NCBI GenBank assembly: GCA_965227515.1
Contig: CBDDFZ010000002.1
Span: forward strand, 320,001-384,000
From: Alphaproteobacteria bacterium
Lineage (GTDB): Bacteria; Pseudomonadota; Alphaproteobacteria; CALKHQ01
Length of the DNA stretch: 64,000 nt
Direction: 5' to 3'
In this document: piece by piece, positions 9,021 to 18,580 of the stretch
How positions within the stretch are numbered: the first letter of the stretch is position 1
Layout: each line of letters opens with the position of its first letter
Notes under the pieces: generated by a model
Seen by the model: only the letters and a program-made list of their open reading frames with translations
Database searches by the model: none
Told to the model about the DNA's origin: nothing
Made by a program: the position numbers and the translations under genes

Positions 9021-9806
9021 ATGGTGATCCACACCGCGGTGTCCGAGCTCTCTCAGGTGCTGGCCGAGACCGATGGCATCGCCCATGGCTTCTTCACCCG
9101 CATCGGCGGGGTCAGCGAGGGGATCTATGCGTCGCTGAATTGCGGCTACGGGTCGAAGGACGACCGGACTTGCGTTGGCGAGAACCGGCGCCGGGTCATG
9201 GCAGCCCTCGGCGCCAAGCGCGCCGAACCGGTGACGGTCTATCAGGTGCACGGCGCGGACGTGGTAGAGGTCGACGAGCCATGGCCGTGGGACGGTGCGC
9301 CCAAGGCCGATGGCATGGTGACCCGCCGGCCCGGCCTGCCGCTCGGCATCATGACCGCCGATTGTGCGCCGTTGCTGTTCGCCGATGCCCAGGCCGGCGT
9401 CGTCGGCGCCGCCCATGCCGGCTGGCGGGGCGCGCGGGCCGGGGTCGCGGAGGCGACCGTGGCGGCGATGGAGCGCCTGGGTGCCGCCCGCGGGAACATC
9501 GTCGTCGCTGTCGGCCCGACCATCGGCGTGGCGTCCTATGAGGTCGACACTGGTTTCCACCAGGCGTTCCTGGCCGACACGGCGGACAACGCCGCCTACT
9601 TCCAGCCGGGCGCGCGCGACGGGCATTGGCTGTTCGACCTGCCGCGCTATCTGGTCGACCGGCTGGAGCGCCTGGGCCTGGCGGCGGTGGAGCACTCCGA
9701 CAGCGACACCTATGCGGCGGCCGACCGCTTCTTCAGCTACCGCCGCACCACCCATGCCGGTGAGCCCGACTACGCCCGCCAGCTCTCCACCATCATGCTC
9801 GCCTGA
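9021..9806 (+). CDS. pgeF: PgeF/YfiH laccase-domain purine nucleoside phosphorylase
   Basis: HGFFTRIGGVS, QVHG, TADCAP, AAHAGWRG, FFSYRR. Confidence 0.95.
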   Translation: MVIHTAVSELSQVLAETDGIAHGFFTRIGGVSEGIYASLNCGYGSKDDRTCVGENRRRVMAALGAKRAEPVTVYQVHGADVVEVDEPWPWDGAPKADGMVTRRPGLPLGIMTADCAPLLFADAQAGVVGAAHAGWRGARAGVAEATVAAMERLGAARGNIVVAVGPTIGVASYEVDTGFHQAFLADTADNAAYFQPGARDGHWLFDLPRYLVDRLERLGLAAVEHSDSDTYAAADRFFSYRRTTHAGEPDYARQLSTIMLA

Positions 9807-9830
9807 CCACTTGTTGTTCACGAGTGGGCT

Positions 9831-9858
9831 TTGAGCCCGGCTGGGACTGCGCCATAAT
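9831..9858 (+). promoter_or_regulatory. Possible sigma70 promoter for the MHYT-LytTR gene
   Basis: TTGAGC-N16-CATAAT, 30 bp upstream of ATG 9889. Confidence 0.35.
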
Positions 9859-9888
9859 CGACATCGTCGGGTTATTGCGGGAAAGCCC

Positions 9889-11001
9889 ATGCTGGAGGTG
9901 TCTTACGATCCGGTCCTGGTCGCCGCCTCGATCGTCGTTGCCATCATGGCGGGGTTCACGTGCCTGCGGCTGACCAGCGGGCTGCGCGGCCTGAGCGCTG
10001 CGCGGCGCAAGTCCCGCATCGCGCAAGCGGCGGTGGCGCTGGGCGTCGGCATCTGGTCGATGCATTTCGTCGGCATGCTGGCGGTCTCGCTGCCGGTCGC
10101 CATCAGCTATGACGCGTTGCCCACCTTGGGTTCGGCCCTCATCGCGATCCTGGTCACCGGCGCGGGTTTCCTGACGCTGCATTTCGGCGCCCGCACCCGG
10201 GTGCGGGTGGTTGCGGCCGGGACGCTGACCGGCGCCGGCATCGTCGGCATGCACTATCTCGGCATGAGCGCGGTCTCCGGCAACTGCATCGTGGAATTCA
10301 GCGGCGTCGGCATCGCGGTGGCGTCGGCCATCGGCATCGGCGCTTCGATCCTGGCGCTGGCCCTGGCCTATCGAAAGCGCGCGCTGGCCGCGACCGTGAT
10401 CGGCGCGGTGGTCCTGGGGCTGGCGATCTCTGCCATGCACTATTCGGCGATGCTGTTCACCAGCTTCGCCGCCGCCGCCGAGACCATTTACGTGGCCGCG
10501 CCGAACCTGTCGGCGGGCGGGTTGGCGATGATCGTCGCCATCGCCGCGTTCGTGATCTGCGGCCTGTTCCTGCTGCTGGCGGTCACCGGACGGGAAGGCA
10601 CCGCGACCGTCGAGACGCCGGAAGCCGAGCCGCAGGCGGTGCCGGCAGCCGAAGACGACCCCGCACCGGCGTTCGCCAACCGCATTCCCTACCAGCGCGA
10701 CAACGCGATCCACTTCCTGACCGTGGAGCAGATTTCCGCGATCCGGGCCGACGGCCACTACTCGCGCATCCTGCACGGCGGGGCCGAGTTCTTCTGTCCG
10801 TGGCCGATCTCGCGGCTGGAGGCCGCGATCCAGTCGCCGTCGTTCCTGCGCACCCACCGCAGCTACATCGTGAACCTGGACCGGGTGATCGGCTTCAAGC
10901 GCGAATCCGACAAGGGCTTCTGCCTGATTGACGCCGAGAACCGCATCCCGGTCAGCCGCTCCCACATGCCCGAAGTGCAACGCGCCCTGGGATTCGTTTA
11001 G
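9889..11001 (+). CDS. MHYT-LytTR membrane sensor/regulator (CoxC/CoxH-like)
   Basis: Three MHYT repeats (WSMHFVGM, GMHYLGM, AMHYSAM) in hydrophobic helices plus C-terminal LytTR (IRADGHYS..FLRTHRSYIVNL..IPVSRS); directly upstream of coxM. Confidence 0.9.
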   Translation: MLEVSYDPVLVAASIVVAIMAGFTCLRLTSGLRGLSAARRKSRIAQAAVALGVGIWSMHFVGMLAVSLPVAISYDALPTLGSALIAILVTGAGFLTLHFGARTRVRVVAAGTLTGAGIVGMHYLGMSAVSGNCIVEFSGVGIAVASAIGIGASILALALAYRKRALAATVIGAVVLGLAISAMHYSAMLFTSFAAAAETIYVAAPNLSAGGLAMIVAIAAFVICGLFLLLAVTGREGTATVETPEAEPQAVPAAEDDPAPAFANRIPYQRDNAIHFLTVEQISAIRADGHYSRILHGGAEFFCPWPISRLEAAIQSPSFLRTHRSYIVNLDRVIGFKRESDKGFCLIDAENRIPVSRSHMPEVQRALGFV

Positions 11002-11010
11002 TGGAGTGTC

Positions 11011-11118
11011 ACTCAAGTCGGCACCGGCCCTCTCCCCCACCCGGCCGCCCCGCAATCATACTGTCGTCGGGTGGCCGGGTGGGGGAGAGGGCTGGCGCAG
11101 ACTTCAGCGTAAGCTGAT
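11011..11118. repeat. Long GC-rich hairpin element, family B
   Basis: AAGTCGGCACCGGCCCTCTCCCCCACCCGGCCGCCC (11015-11050) pairs with GGGTGGCCGGGTGGGGGAGAGGGCTGGCGCAGACTT (11069-11104); related copy at 843-970. Confidence 0.85.
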
Positions 11119-11162
11119 CAAGAGAAATTCTACCCTCGCGTACGTACGTACGACCCGTACGT

Positions 11163-11197
11163 GCCGCGTTTCGTGCATCCCAGCCGCAGTTCGTGCA
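11163..11197 (+). promoter_or_regulatory. Candidate LytTR-binding direct repeat upstream of coxM
   Basis: GCCGCGTTTCGTGCA (11163-11177) and GCCGCAGTTCGTGCA (11183-11197), 13/15 identical, 20-bp period. Confidence 0.55.
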
Positions 11198-11313
11198 CGC
11201 CGCGCGCGCCACGGCAAAGGGTGCTGGCGGGGGTGCGACATTCCGTGCAGACTTGGCCCAACTGAGAACAGCAAGCCAGCAATGGCCAATGCGCAAACGG
11301 GAGGGCGCGGAAG

Positions 11314-12177
11314 ATGATTCCAGGCGCATTCGATTACCATCGGCCGGACAGCGTGGCCGATGCGGTCAAGCTGCTGACCGACCTGGGCGAGGATGCCCGG
11401 GTGGTGGCGGGTGGCCACAGCCTGATACCGATGATGAAGCTGAGGCTGGCGGTGCCGGCCCATCTGGTCGACCTGGCCGGTGTGTCGGGGCTGAGCGGCA
11501 TCGACGTCAGCGGCGGGACCGTGACCATCGGCGCGATGACCACCCAGGCCGAACTGATCGGCGACGGCGCGCTGGCCGGCGTCTGCCCGATCGTCCGCGA
11601 GACCGCATTGCAGATCGCCGACCCGCAGATCCGCAACCTTGGCACCCTGGGCGGCAATGTCGCCAATGGCGATCCCGGCAACGACATGCCGGCGTTGATG
11701 CAGACGCTGGACGCACAGTTCGTGCTGACCGGTCCCGGCGGCGAGCGCACGGTGGCGGCGCGCGACTTCTACGAGGGCGCGTTCGTGACCGCGCGCGCCG
11801 ACGACGAGATTTTGACCGCGATCCGCTTCAAGCACCCGCCGGCCGGTCACGGCTATGCCTACGAAAAGCAGAAGCGCAAGGTGGGCGACTACGCCACCGC
11901 CGCCGTCGCCGTGGTGCTGACCATGAGCGGCGGCCAGTGCGCGTCGGCGGCCATCGGGCTGACCAATGTCGGCGACACGCCACTGTTCGCCGCAGCGGCG
12001 TCCGACGCGTTGGTCGGCACGGCGGTCGATGACGAGGCCATCGCCAAGGCAGCCGAGGCCGCCATGGCGATCACCGATCCGGTATCGGACGGGCGCGGTC
12101 CCGCCGCCTACCGCACGCAACTGACCGGCGTTCTGGCGCGCCGCGCGATCGCGCGCGCCCGGTCGCTCGCCGGCTGA
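11314..12177 (+). CDS. coxM: CO dehydrogenase medium (FAD) subunit
   Basis: [64 protein letters not shown]. Confidence 0.95.
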   Translation: MIPGAFDYHRPDSVADAVKLLTDLGEDARVVAGGHSLIPMMKLRLAVPAHLVDLAGVSGLSGIDVSGGTVTIGAMTTQAELIGDGALAGVCPIVRETALQIADPQIRNLGTLGGNVANGDPGNDMPALMQTLDAQFVLTGPGGERTVAARDFYEGAFVTARADDEILTAIRFKHPPAGHGYAYEKQKRKVGDYATAAVAVVLTMSGGQCASAAIGLTNVGDTPLFAAAASDALVGTAVDDEAIAKAAEAAMAITDPVSDGRGPAAYRTQLTGVLARRAIARARSLAG

Positions 12178-12190
12178 GGGGGGGCACCAC

Positions 12191-12682
12191 GTGAGCAACA
12201 TGCACGTCAAACTCACCGTGAACGGCAAGCCGGCCGAGGGCCTGGCCGAGCCGCGCACGCTGCTGATCCACTTCCTGCGCGAGCAGCTTGGGCTGACCGG
12301 CCCGCACATCGGCTGCGACACCGGCCATTGCGGCGCCTGCACCGTCGACCTGGACGGCAAGTCGGTGAAGTCCTGCATGGTGTTCGTCGCCCAGGCCAAT
12401 GGCGCCGAGGTGACGACCATCGAGGGCATCACCAATGCCGACGGCACCATGCACGCGATCCAGGAGGCGTTCCGCGAGCACCACGGATTGCAGTGCGGCT
12501 ATTGCACGCCGGGCATGATCACCCGCGCCTACCGGCTGTTGCAGGAGAACCCGAAGCCGAGCGAGGAGGACATCCGCCACGGCATCTCCGGCAACCTCTG
12601 CCGCTGCACCGGGTACCAGAACATCGTCAAGGCGATCATGGCCGCGGCCAATGCGCCGGAAGTCAAGGAGGCCGCGGAATGA
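12191..12682 (+). CDS. coxS: CO dehydrogenase small (2Fe-2S) subunit
   Basis: [40 protein letters not shown]. Confidence 0.95.
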   Translation: MSNMHVKLTVNGKPAEGLAEPRTLLIHFLREQLGLTGPHIGCDTGHCGACTVDLDGKSVKSCMVFVAQANGAEVTTIEGITNADGTMHAIQEAFREHHGLQCGYCTPGMITRAYRLLQENPKPSEEDIRHGISGNLCRCTGYQNIVKAIMAAANAPEVKEAAE

Positions 12683-15096
12683 ACGCGCCGACACCGTCCG
12701 CCGAGCGTCTGGAGAAGCTCCAGGGGCTGGGCTGTAAGCGCAAGCGGGTGGAGGATGCCCGCTTCACCCAGGGCAAGGGCAACTACGTCGACGACATCAA
12801 GATGCCCGGCATGCTGTTCGGCGACTTCGTGCGCTCGCCGCACGGCCACGCCCGCATCAAGGGCATCGACAAGGAGGCGGCGCTGGCCGTCCCCGGCGTG
12901 GTCGCCATCCTGACGGCGGAGGACCTGAAGCCGCTGAACCTGCACTACATGCCGACACTGGCCGGCGACGTGCAGGCGGTGCTGGCCGACGACAAGGTGC
13001 TGTTCCAGGGCCAGGAGGTCGCGTTCGTCATCGCCGAGAACCGCTATGCGGCGGCCGACGCGGTCGAGCTGGTCGAGGTCGACTATGACGACCTGCCGGC
13101 CCTGGTCGACCCGGCCAAGGCGATGGACGCCGACGCACCGGTGCTGCGCGAGGACATCGCGGACAAGACCGAGGGCGCGCACGGCGCACGCAAGCACCAC
13201 AACCACATCTTCACCTGGGAGATGGGCGACGCGGCGGCAACCCAGCAGGCGCTGGACAACGCCGAGGTGGTGGCCGAGGAGAACATCACCTATCAGCGCG
13301 TCCACCCCTGCCCGCTGGAGACGTGCGGTTGCGTCGCCTCCATGGACAAGGTCAACGGCAAGCTGACCGTGTGGGGCACGTTCCAGGCGCCGCACGCGGT
13401 GCGCACCGTCGCCTCGCTGATCTCCCACATCCCGGAGCACAACATCCGCATCGTCTCGCCGGATATCGGCGGCGGTTTCGGCAACAAGGTCGGCGTCTAT
13501 CCCGGTTATGTCTGCGCCATCGTCGCCTCCATCGTCACCGGCGTGCCGGTGAAGTGGATCGAGGACCGGATGGAGAACCTGACCGCGACCGCGTTCGCCC
13601 GCGACTACCACATGGCTGGCAAGATCGCGGCGACCAAGGATGGCAAGATCACCGGGCTCTGGTGCCACGTGATCGCCGACCACGGCGCGTTCGATGCCTG
13701 CGCCGACCCGTCGAAGTTCCCGGCCGGCTTCTTCAACATCTGCACCGGCTCCTACGACGTGCCGGTGGCCTATATGTCGGTGGACGGCGTCTACACCAAC
13801 AAGGCGCCGGGCGGGGTCGCCTACCGTTGCTCGTTCCGGGTGACCGAGGCGTCGTACTTCATCGAGCGGATGATCGACGTGCTGGCCCGCAAGCTGGAGA
13901 TGGACCCGGCCGAACTCAGGCTGAAGAACTTCATCGCCAAGGACCAGTTCCCCTACACCTCCGCGCTGGGCTGGGAGTACGATAGCGGCGACTACCACAC
14001 CGCCATGGAACAGGCGCTGGCGGCGGTCGACTACAAGGGGCTGCGCGCCGAGCAGGCGGCCAACCGGCAGGCGTTCGCCGCGGGCAAGACCCGCAGCCTG
14101 ATGGGCGTCGGGGTCGCGTTCTTCACCGAGATTGTCGGTGCCGGCCCGGTGAAGAACTGCGACATTCTCGGCCTCGGCATGTTCGATAGCTGCGAGATCC
14201 GCATCCACCCCACCGGCAGCGCCATCGCCCGGCTCGGCACCATCAGCCAGGGCCAGGCCCACGCCACCACCTTCGCGCAGATCCTGGCGTCGGAGATCGG
14301 CATCCCCGCCGACAACATCACGGTGGAGGAGGGCGACACCGACACGGCGCCGTATGGTTTGGGCACCTATGGCTCGCGCTCGACCCCGGTGGCGGGTGCT
14401 GCGGCGGCGATGGCCGGCCGGAAGATTCGCGCCAAGGCCCAGATGATCGCCGCCTACCTGCTGGAGGTGCACGAGGACGACCTGGAATGGGACGTCGACC
14501 AGTTCCGGGTGAAGGGCAACCCGGAGAAGTTCAAGACCATGGCGGAGCTGGCGTTCGCCGCCTACAACCAGGCGATCCCCGGCGTCGAGCCGGGCCTGGA
14601 GGCGGTGAGCTACTACGACCCACCGAATATGACCTACCCGTTCGGCGCCTATATCTGCGTGCTCGACATCGACGTCGACACCGGGGTCACAGACGTCCGC
14701 CGCTTCTATGCGCTGGACGATTGCGGCACCCGCATCAACCCGATGGTGATCGAGGGGCAGGTGCACGGCGGCCTGACCGAGGCGCTGGCCATCGCCATGG
14801 GCCAGGAGATCGCCTACGACGAGATGGGCAACGTGCAGGGCTCGACCCTGCTCGACTTCTTCCTGCCGACGGCGGTGGAGACCCCGGCCTGGGAGACCGA
14901 CTTCACCGTTACCCCCTCGCCGCATCACCCCATCGGTGCCAAGGGCGTCGGCGAATCGCCCAATGTCGGCGGCGTGTCGGCGTTCTCCAACGCGGTGTGC
15001 GATGCGTTCGCCCACCTTGGGCTCACCCACACCCAGATGCCGCACGACCATTGGCGGGTGTGGACCGCCGCCGACAAGCTGGGGCTGCATGGCTAG
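12679..15096 (+). CDS. coxL: Form I Mo-Cu CO dehydrogenase large subunit
   Basis: Active-site loop [14 protein letters not shown] (form I AYXCSFR), GGGFGNK, KGVGESP; start MNAPTPS overlaps the coxS stop. Confidence 0.97.
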   Translation: MNAPTPSAERLEKLQGLGCKRKRVEDARFTQGKGNYVDDIKMPGMLFGDFVRSPHGHARIKGIDKEAALAVPGVVAILTAEDLKPLNLHYMPTLAGDVQAVLADDKVLFQGQEVAFVIAENRYAAADAVELVEVDYDDLPALVDPAKAMDADAPVLREDIADKTEGAHGARKHHNHIFTWEMGDAAATQQALDNAEVVAEENITYQRVHPCPLETCGCVASMDKVNGKLTVWGTFQAPHAVRTVASLISHIPEHNIRIVSPDIGGGFGNKVGVYPGYVCAIVASIVTGVPVKWIEDRMENLTATAFARDYHMAGKIAATKDGKITGLWCHVIADHGAFDACADPSKFPAGFFNICTGSYDVPVAYMSVDGVYTNKAPGGVAYRCSFRVTEASYFIERMIDVLARKLEMDPAELRLKNFIAKDQFPYTSALGWEYDSGDYHTAMEQALAAVDYKGLRAEQAANRQAFAAGKTRSLMGVGVAFFTEIVGAGPVKNCDILGLGMFDSCEIRIHPTGSAIARLGTISQGQAHATTFAQILASEIGIPADNITVEEGDTDTAPYGLGTYGSRSTPVAGAAAAMAGRKIRAKAQMIAAYLLEVHEDDLEWDVDQFRVKGNPEKFKTMAELAFAAYNQAIPGVEPGLEAVSYYDPPNMTYPFGAYICVLDIDVDTGVTDVRRFYALDDCGTRINPMVIEGQVHGGLTEALAIAMGQEIAYDEMGNVQGSTLLDFFLPTAVETPAWETDFTVTPSPHHPIGAKGVGESPNVGGVSAFSNAVCDAFAHLGLTHTQMPHDHWRVWTAADKLGLHG

Positions 15097-16006
15097 CCAG
15101 CCTCAGTCGGGTGGGGCGAATTGGCAGGGCGGCCCTGTCGAGGACCTCGCCGGCAAGCTGGCGGCGTGCGGCTACGTCGCCGACGAGACGATCGAGACCG
15201 CGCTCCGCCTGGCACTCGGTCTCGGCCGCCCACTGCTGCTGGAGGGCGAGGCCGGCGTCGGCAAGACCGAGGTGGCCAATGCGCTCGCGTCGGCGCTCGG
15301 CGCCCGGCTGATCCGCCTGCAGTGCTACGAGGGCCTGGACGCCAACGCCGCCATCTACGAGTGGAACTACCAGCGCCAGTTGCTGGCCATCAAGGCGCGC
15401 GAGCACGACGACGCAAGTTCGGAAGACGTGGAGGACCATGTGTTCTCCGAGCGCTATCTGCTGCGCCGTCCGCTGCTGGAAGCGATCAGCCGGCCCGACC
15501 CGCCGGTGCTGCTGATCGACGAGATCGACCGCGCCGACATGGAGTTCGAGGCCTATCTGCTGGAGGTGCTGGCCGACTTCCAGGTGACGGTGCCGGAGCT
15601 GGGGACCATCAAGGCCACCGCCAAGCCGGTGGTGATCCTGACCTCCAATGGCACCCGCGCGCTGTCCGACGCGCTCAGGCGGCGCTGCCTCTACACCTGG
15701 ATCGACTTTCCGTCGCCGGAACGCGAGCTTGAGATCGTGCGCCACCGGCTGCCCGATGTGGAGGCGGAACTCGCGGGCCAGATCGCGCGCTTCGTCGCCG
15801 CGTTGCGCCGCGAGGATTTGGACAAGGTGCCCGGCATCGCCGAGACGCTGGACTGGGCGGCCGCACTGACAGGGCTCGGCATCCGCACGCTGGACGGCGA
15901 CCCGGCAGCGGTGCAGGCAAGCCTGATCTGCCTGTTGAAGACCGAGACCGACCAGAAATCCGTCACGCCGGAGGTGACCGGCCGACTGATCGGCAAGGCG
16001 GCGTGA
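15089..16006 (+). CDS. coxD: CoxD MoxR-type AAA+ ATPase
   Basis: LLEGEAGVGKTE, RLQCYEGLD, YEWNYQRQLL, LIDEIDRAD, SDALRRRC, PGIAETLDW. Confidence 0.93.
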   Translation: MASQPQSGGANWQGGPVEDLAGKLAACGYVADETIETALRLALGLGRPLLLEGEAGVGKTEVANALASALGARLIRLQCYEGLDANAAIYEWNYQRQLLAIKAREHDDASSEDVEDHVFSERYLLRRPLLEAISRPDPPVLLIDEIDRADMEFEAYLLEVLADFQVTVPELGTIKATAKPVVILTSNGTRALSDALRRRCLYTWIDFPSPERELEIVRHRLPDVEAELAGQIARFVAALRREDLDKVPGIAETLDWAAALTGLGIRTLDGDPAAVQASLICLLKTETDQKSVTPEVTGRLIGKAA

Positions 16007-16029
16007 CGCCTTCGAAAGACAATCAAATT

Positions 16030-16189
16030 GTCGTCCTCGCCCTTGTGGCGAGGACCCATTCATGGGCAATGCGCCAGCGTGTGCCAATGCACGCTCGGTG
16101 CGGATTCGAACTGCATCAAGCTCGGAGTGTTACCTGCCCAAGTCGGGCTTGGCTCGTCCATGGGCCCTCGCCACAAGGGCGAGGGCGAC
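16030..16189. repeat. REP doublet, family A variant, inside the cox operon
   Basis: Left arm GTCGTCCTCGCCCTTGTGGCGAGGACCCAT, right arm ATGGGCCCTCGCCACAAGGGCGAGGGCGAC; sister copy at 23447-23601. Confidence 0.85.
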
Positions 16190-16232
16190 GATCTAGGTGT
16201 GCAAATACGGCGGCGCATTCTTGGGGTGCCGC

Positions 16233-17423
16233 ATGACCAGCCAGGAATCAGCTCCCGGCCCCCAGTCCATCGGCGGGCGCGCGGTGGGGTTCGTGCACCA
16301 TCTGCGCGACAACGGGTTTCGCGTCGGGCTGGCCGAGTGCGAGGCGGCACTGAAGGTGATCGGCGGTCAGGGCGCCGTGCCGCTGGCGACCGCTCGTCGG
16401 CACCTCAAGGCTCTGTTGACCGGCAGCGCGGAGGAATGGCAGCGCTTCGACGATCTGTTCGAGGCCTATTGGATGGGCCGCGGCCGCATCCACACCGTGA
16501 CCCGTACGGTGGGAGAGTTGCCGTCGGCATCCGGCGCGCAAGCCCCCGCGGTGTGGCAGCGCCATCTCGATGATGCGTGCGGCGCCACGCCGGACCTGCC
16601 GCAGGCCCGCGACGACGGCAGCGAAACCGACGCCGCCGAAGGCACCGGCCGGCTGGTCGCCTCCGGCCAGGCGGTGCGCAGCGGCACCGACTTCCGCCAT
16701 ATGACCGACCCGGCGGAGATCGCGGCGGCCGAGGCGGCGGCGCTCAGGCTGGCCCAAGCGATGCGCTATCGCCTGGCGCGGCGCTATCGCGCCAAACCGG
16801 GCGCGCCCAGGTTGGACCTGCGCCGCACCATCCGCCGCAACATCGCCCATGGCGGCGAGCCGATCCGCCTGGTCGGCCGCCACCGCCCGGACCAGCCGGT
16901 GCGCATCGTCGTGTTCCTCGACGTTTCCGGCTCCATGCAGCCTTATACACGGCCGTTCCTGCAGTTCGTGAAGGGGCTGGTCGGCGGCTGGGCGGACAGC
17001 GACGCCTATCTGGTCCACACCCGGCTGGTGCGGGTGACCGATGCCTTGCGCGACACCGACCCGATGAAGGCGATGGGCCGGCTGGCGCTTATGGCGGACG
17101 GCTTCGGCGGCGGCACCAGGCTTGCCGAGGCGCTGGCCACCTTCAACGGCGGCTATGCCCGGCGGGCGGTGAACAGCCGCACGGTGGCGTTGGTCATGAG
17201 CGACGGCTACGACACCGGCAGCCCGGAGCGGCTGGCCGACGAACTGGCCCGCCTGAAGCGCCGGGCGCGGCGGCTGGTCTGGCTCAACCCGATGCTGGGC
17301 TGGCGGGACTACCAGCCGGTGACGCGGGCGATGGCGGCCGCGCTGCCGCACATCGACCACTTCGCCGCCGCGCACACGCTGGATGCGCTGGCGGCGCTGG
17401 ACGCCGACCTGGAGAGGCTCTGA
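16233..17423 (+). CDS. coxE: CoxE VWA-domain protein
   Basis: MIDAS DVSGSM, LDLRRTIRRN, GGGTRL, SDGYDTG, WLNPMLG. Confidence 0.92.
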   Translation: MTSQESAPGPQSIGGRAVGFVHHLRDNGFRVGLAECEAALKVIGGQGAVPLATARRHLKALLTGSAEEWQRFDDLFEAYWMGRGRIHTVTRTVGELPSASGAQAPAVWQRHLDDACGATPDLPQARDDGSETDAAEGTGRLVASGQAVRSGTDFRHMTDPAEIAAAEAAALRLAQAMRYRLARRYRAKPGAPRLDLRRTIRRNIAHGGEPIRLVGRHRPDQPVRIVVFLDVSGSMQPYTRPFLQFVKGLVGGWADSDAYLVHTRLVRVTDALRDTDPMKAMGRLALMADGFGGGTRLAEALATFNGGYARRAVNSRTVALVMSDGYDTGSPERLADELARLKRRARRLVWLNPMLGWRDYQPVTRAMAAALPHIDHFAAAHTLDALAALDADLERL

Positions 17424-17424
17424 C

Positions 17425-18273
17425 ATGGGCAGCCATCTTAACGACGTCGTGGAACGGATCGAGGCGTTGCGGCGCGCGGGCGACCCATTCTGCGTCGTGA
17501 CCGTGGTGCGGACCGCTGCCGCCACCTCGGCCAAGGCCGGCGCGAAGGCGGTGGTCACCGCCGACGGCACGGTGCATGGCTTCGTTGGCGGCGGATGCGT
17601 GACCGGCGCGGTCCGCAAGGTGGCGCTGGAGGCGCTGACCGGCGGTGCGCCGCGGCTGATCCGGGTGAAGCCGAAGGAAGACGTGGTGTCTGAGCTCGAC
17701 GTCGACGGGGTCGAGCTGCATCGCTCGTCGTGCCCCAGCGGCGGCACCATCGACCTGTTCCTGGAGCCGTCCGCCCCGCCGCCGCGCATCGTGGTTTGCG
17801 GCGCCTCGCCGGTGGCGGTCACGCTGGTGCGCCTGGCGCGCGCGATGGGGAACAAGATACTGGCCGTCACCCTGCCGGAGCACAAGGACGCGGTGGCCGA
17901 CCCGGCGAATGACGGGGGCGACTGGCTGCCGGGCTTCGACCTGGGCCCGGCCGGCATCGGGCCCCGCGATGCCGTGGTCGTCGTCACCCAGGGCAAGCGC
18001 GACCGCGAGGCGCTGGCGGCGGCACTGTCCAGCGCGGCTGGCTATGTCGGCATGGTCGGCAGCCGCACCAAGATCGGCAAGCTCAAGGCGGCCATGGCAG
18101 GCGACGTTCCGGCGGATCGGCTGGCCTCGCTGCACGGCCCGGCAGGCATGGCCATCGGCGCCATCGAGCCGGAGGAGATCGCGCTGGCGATCCTGGCCGA
18201 GATCGTGCACGTCCGCCGCCACGGCGCTGTCGCCAAGGACGCACCCACCAAGGATGCCGCCGAACTCGGCTGA
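17425..18273 (+). CDS. coxF: CoxF/XdhC family Moco-insertion accessory protein
   Basis: TVVRTAAATSAKAGAKA, GFVGGGC, CPSGGT, VTQGKRD, GAIEPEEIALAILAEI. Confidence 0.9.
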   Translation: MGSHLNDVVERIEALRRAGDPFCVVTVVRTAAATSAKAGAKAVVTADGTVHGFVGGGCVTGAVRKVALEALTGGAPRLIRVKPKEDVVSELDVDGVELHRSSCPSGGTIDLFLEPSAPPPRIVVCGASPVAVTLVRLARAMGNKILAVTLPEHKDAVADPANDGGDWLPGFDLGPAGIGPRDAVVVVTQGKRDREALAAALSSAAGYVGMVGSRTKIGKLKAAMAGDVPADRLASLHGPAGMAIGAIEPEEIALAILAEIVHVRRHGAVAKDAPTKDAAELG

Positions 18274-18580
18274 GGCGCGGTCACGCGATCGCCCCATTTC
18301 GCGCCGCACACTGTGTTGCATCAATAAAGTGGAGCACCCGCGGTGCGTATGGCATACCATCTGCTGTACGCGTCGTAATGCGTCGTTTCCCGCGCCGTTG
18401 GGGGCGCTCGGCTCGATGTGGAGCAGGCGCTGAGCGCGATCGTCGCGCCAGGGCGGGCTGTTGCGATCCAGGTTGCGGGCAACGGGCAGCGACGTGCGGG
18501 CACGCTGCGCGGTGTCGCGCCGCGCCGTGTCGGGTTTGAGTGTTGTGCCGGTCCGCCGTGGCCGGGTCAGGACAGTGAAA

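Noticed and set aside
16003-16236. Short ORFs across repeat-containing gaps (167-364, 5404-5985, 16003-16236, 50716-51708)
   Set aside because: Peptides such as VILGLVPRIH and SSSPLWRGP are translations of the REP arms, not genes.
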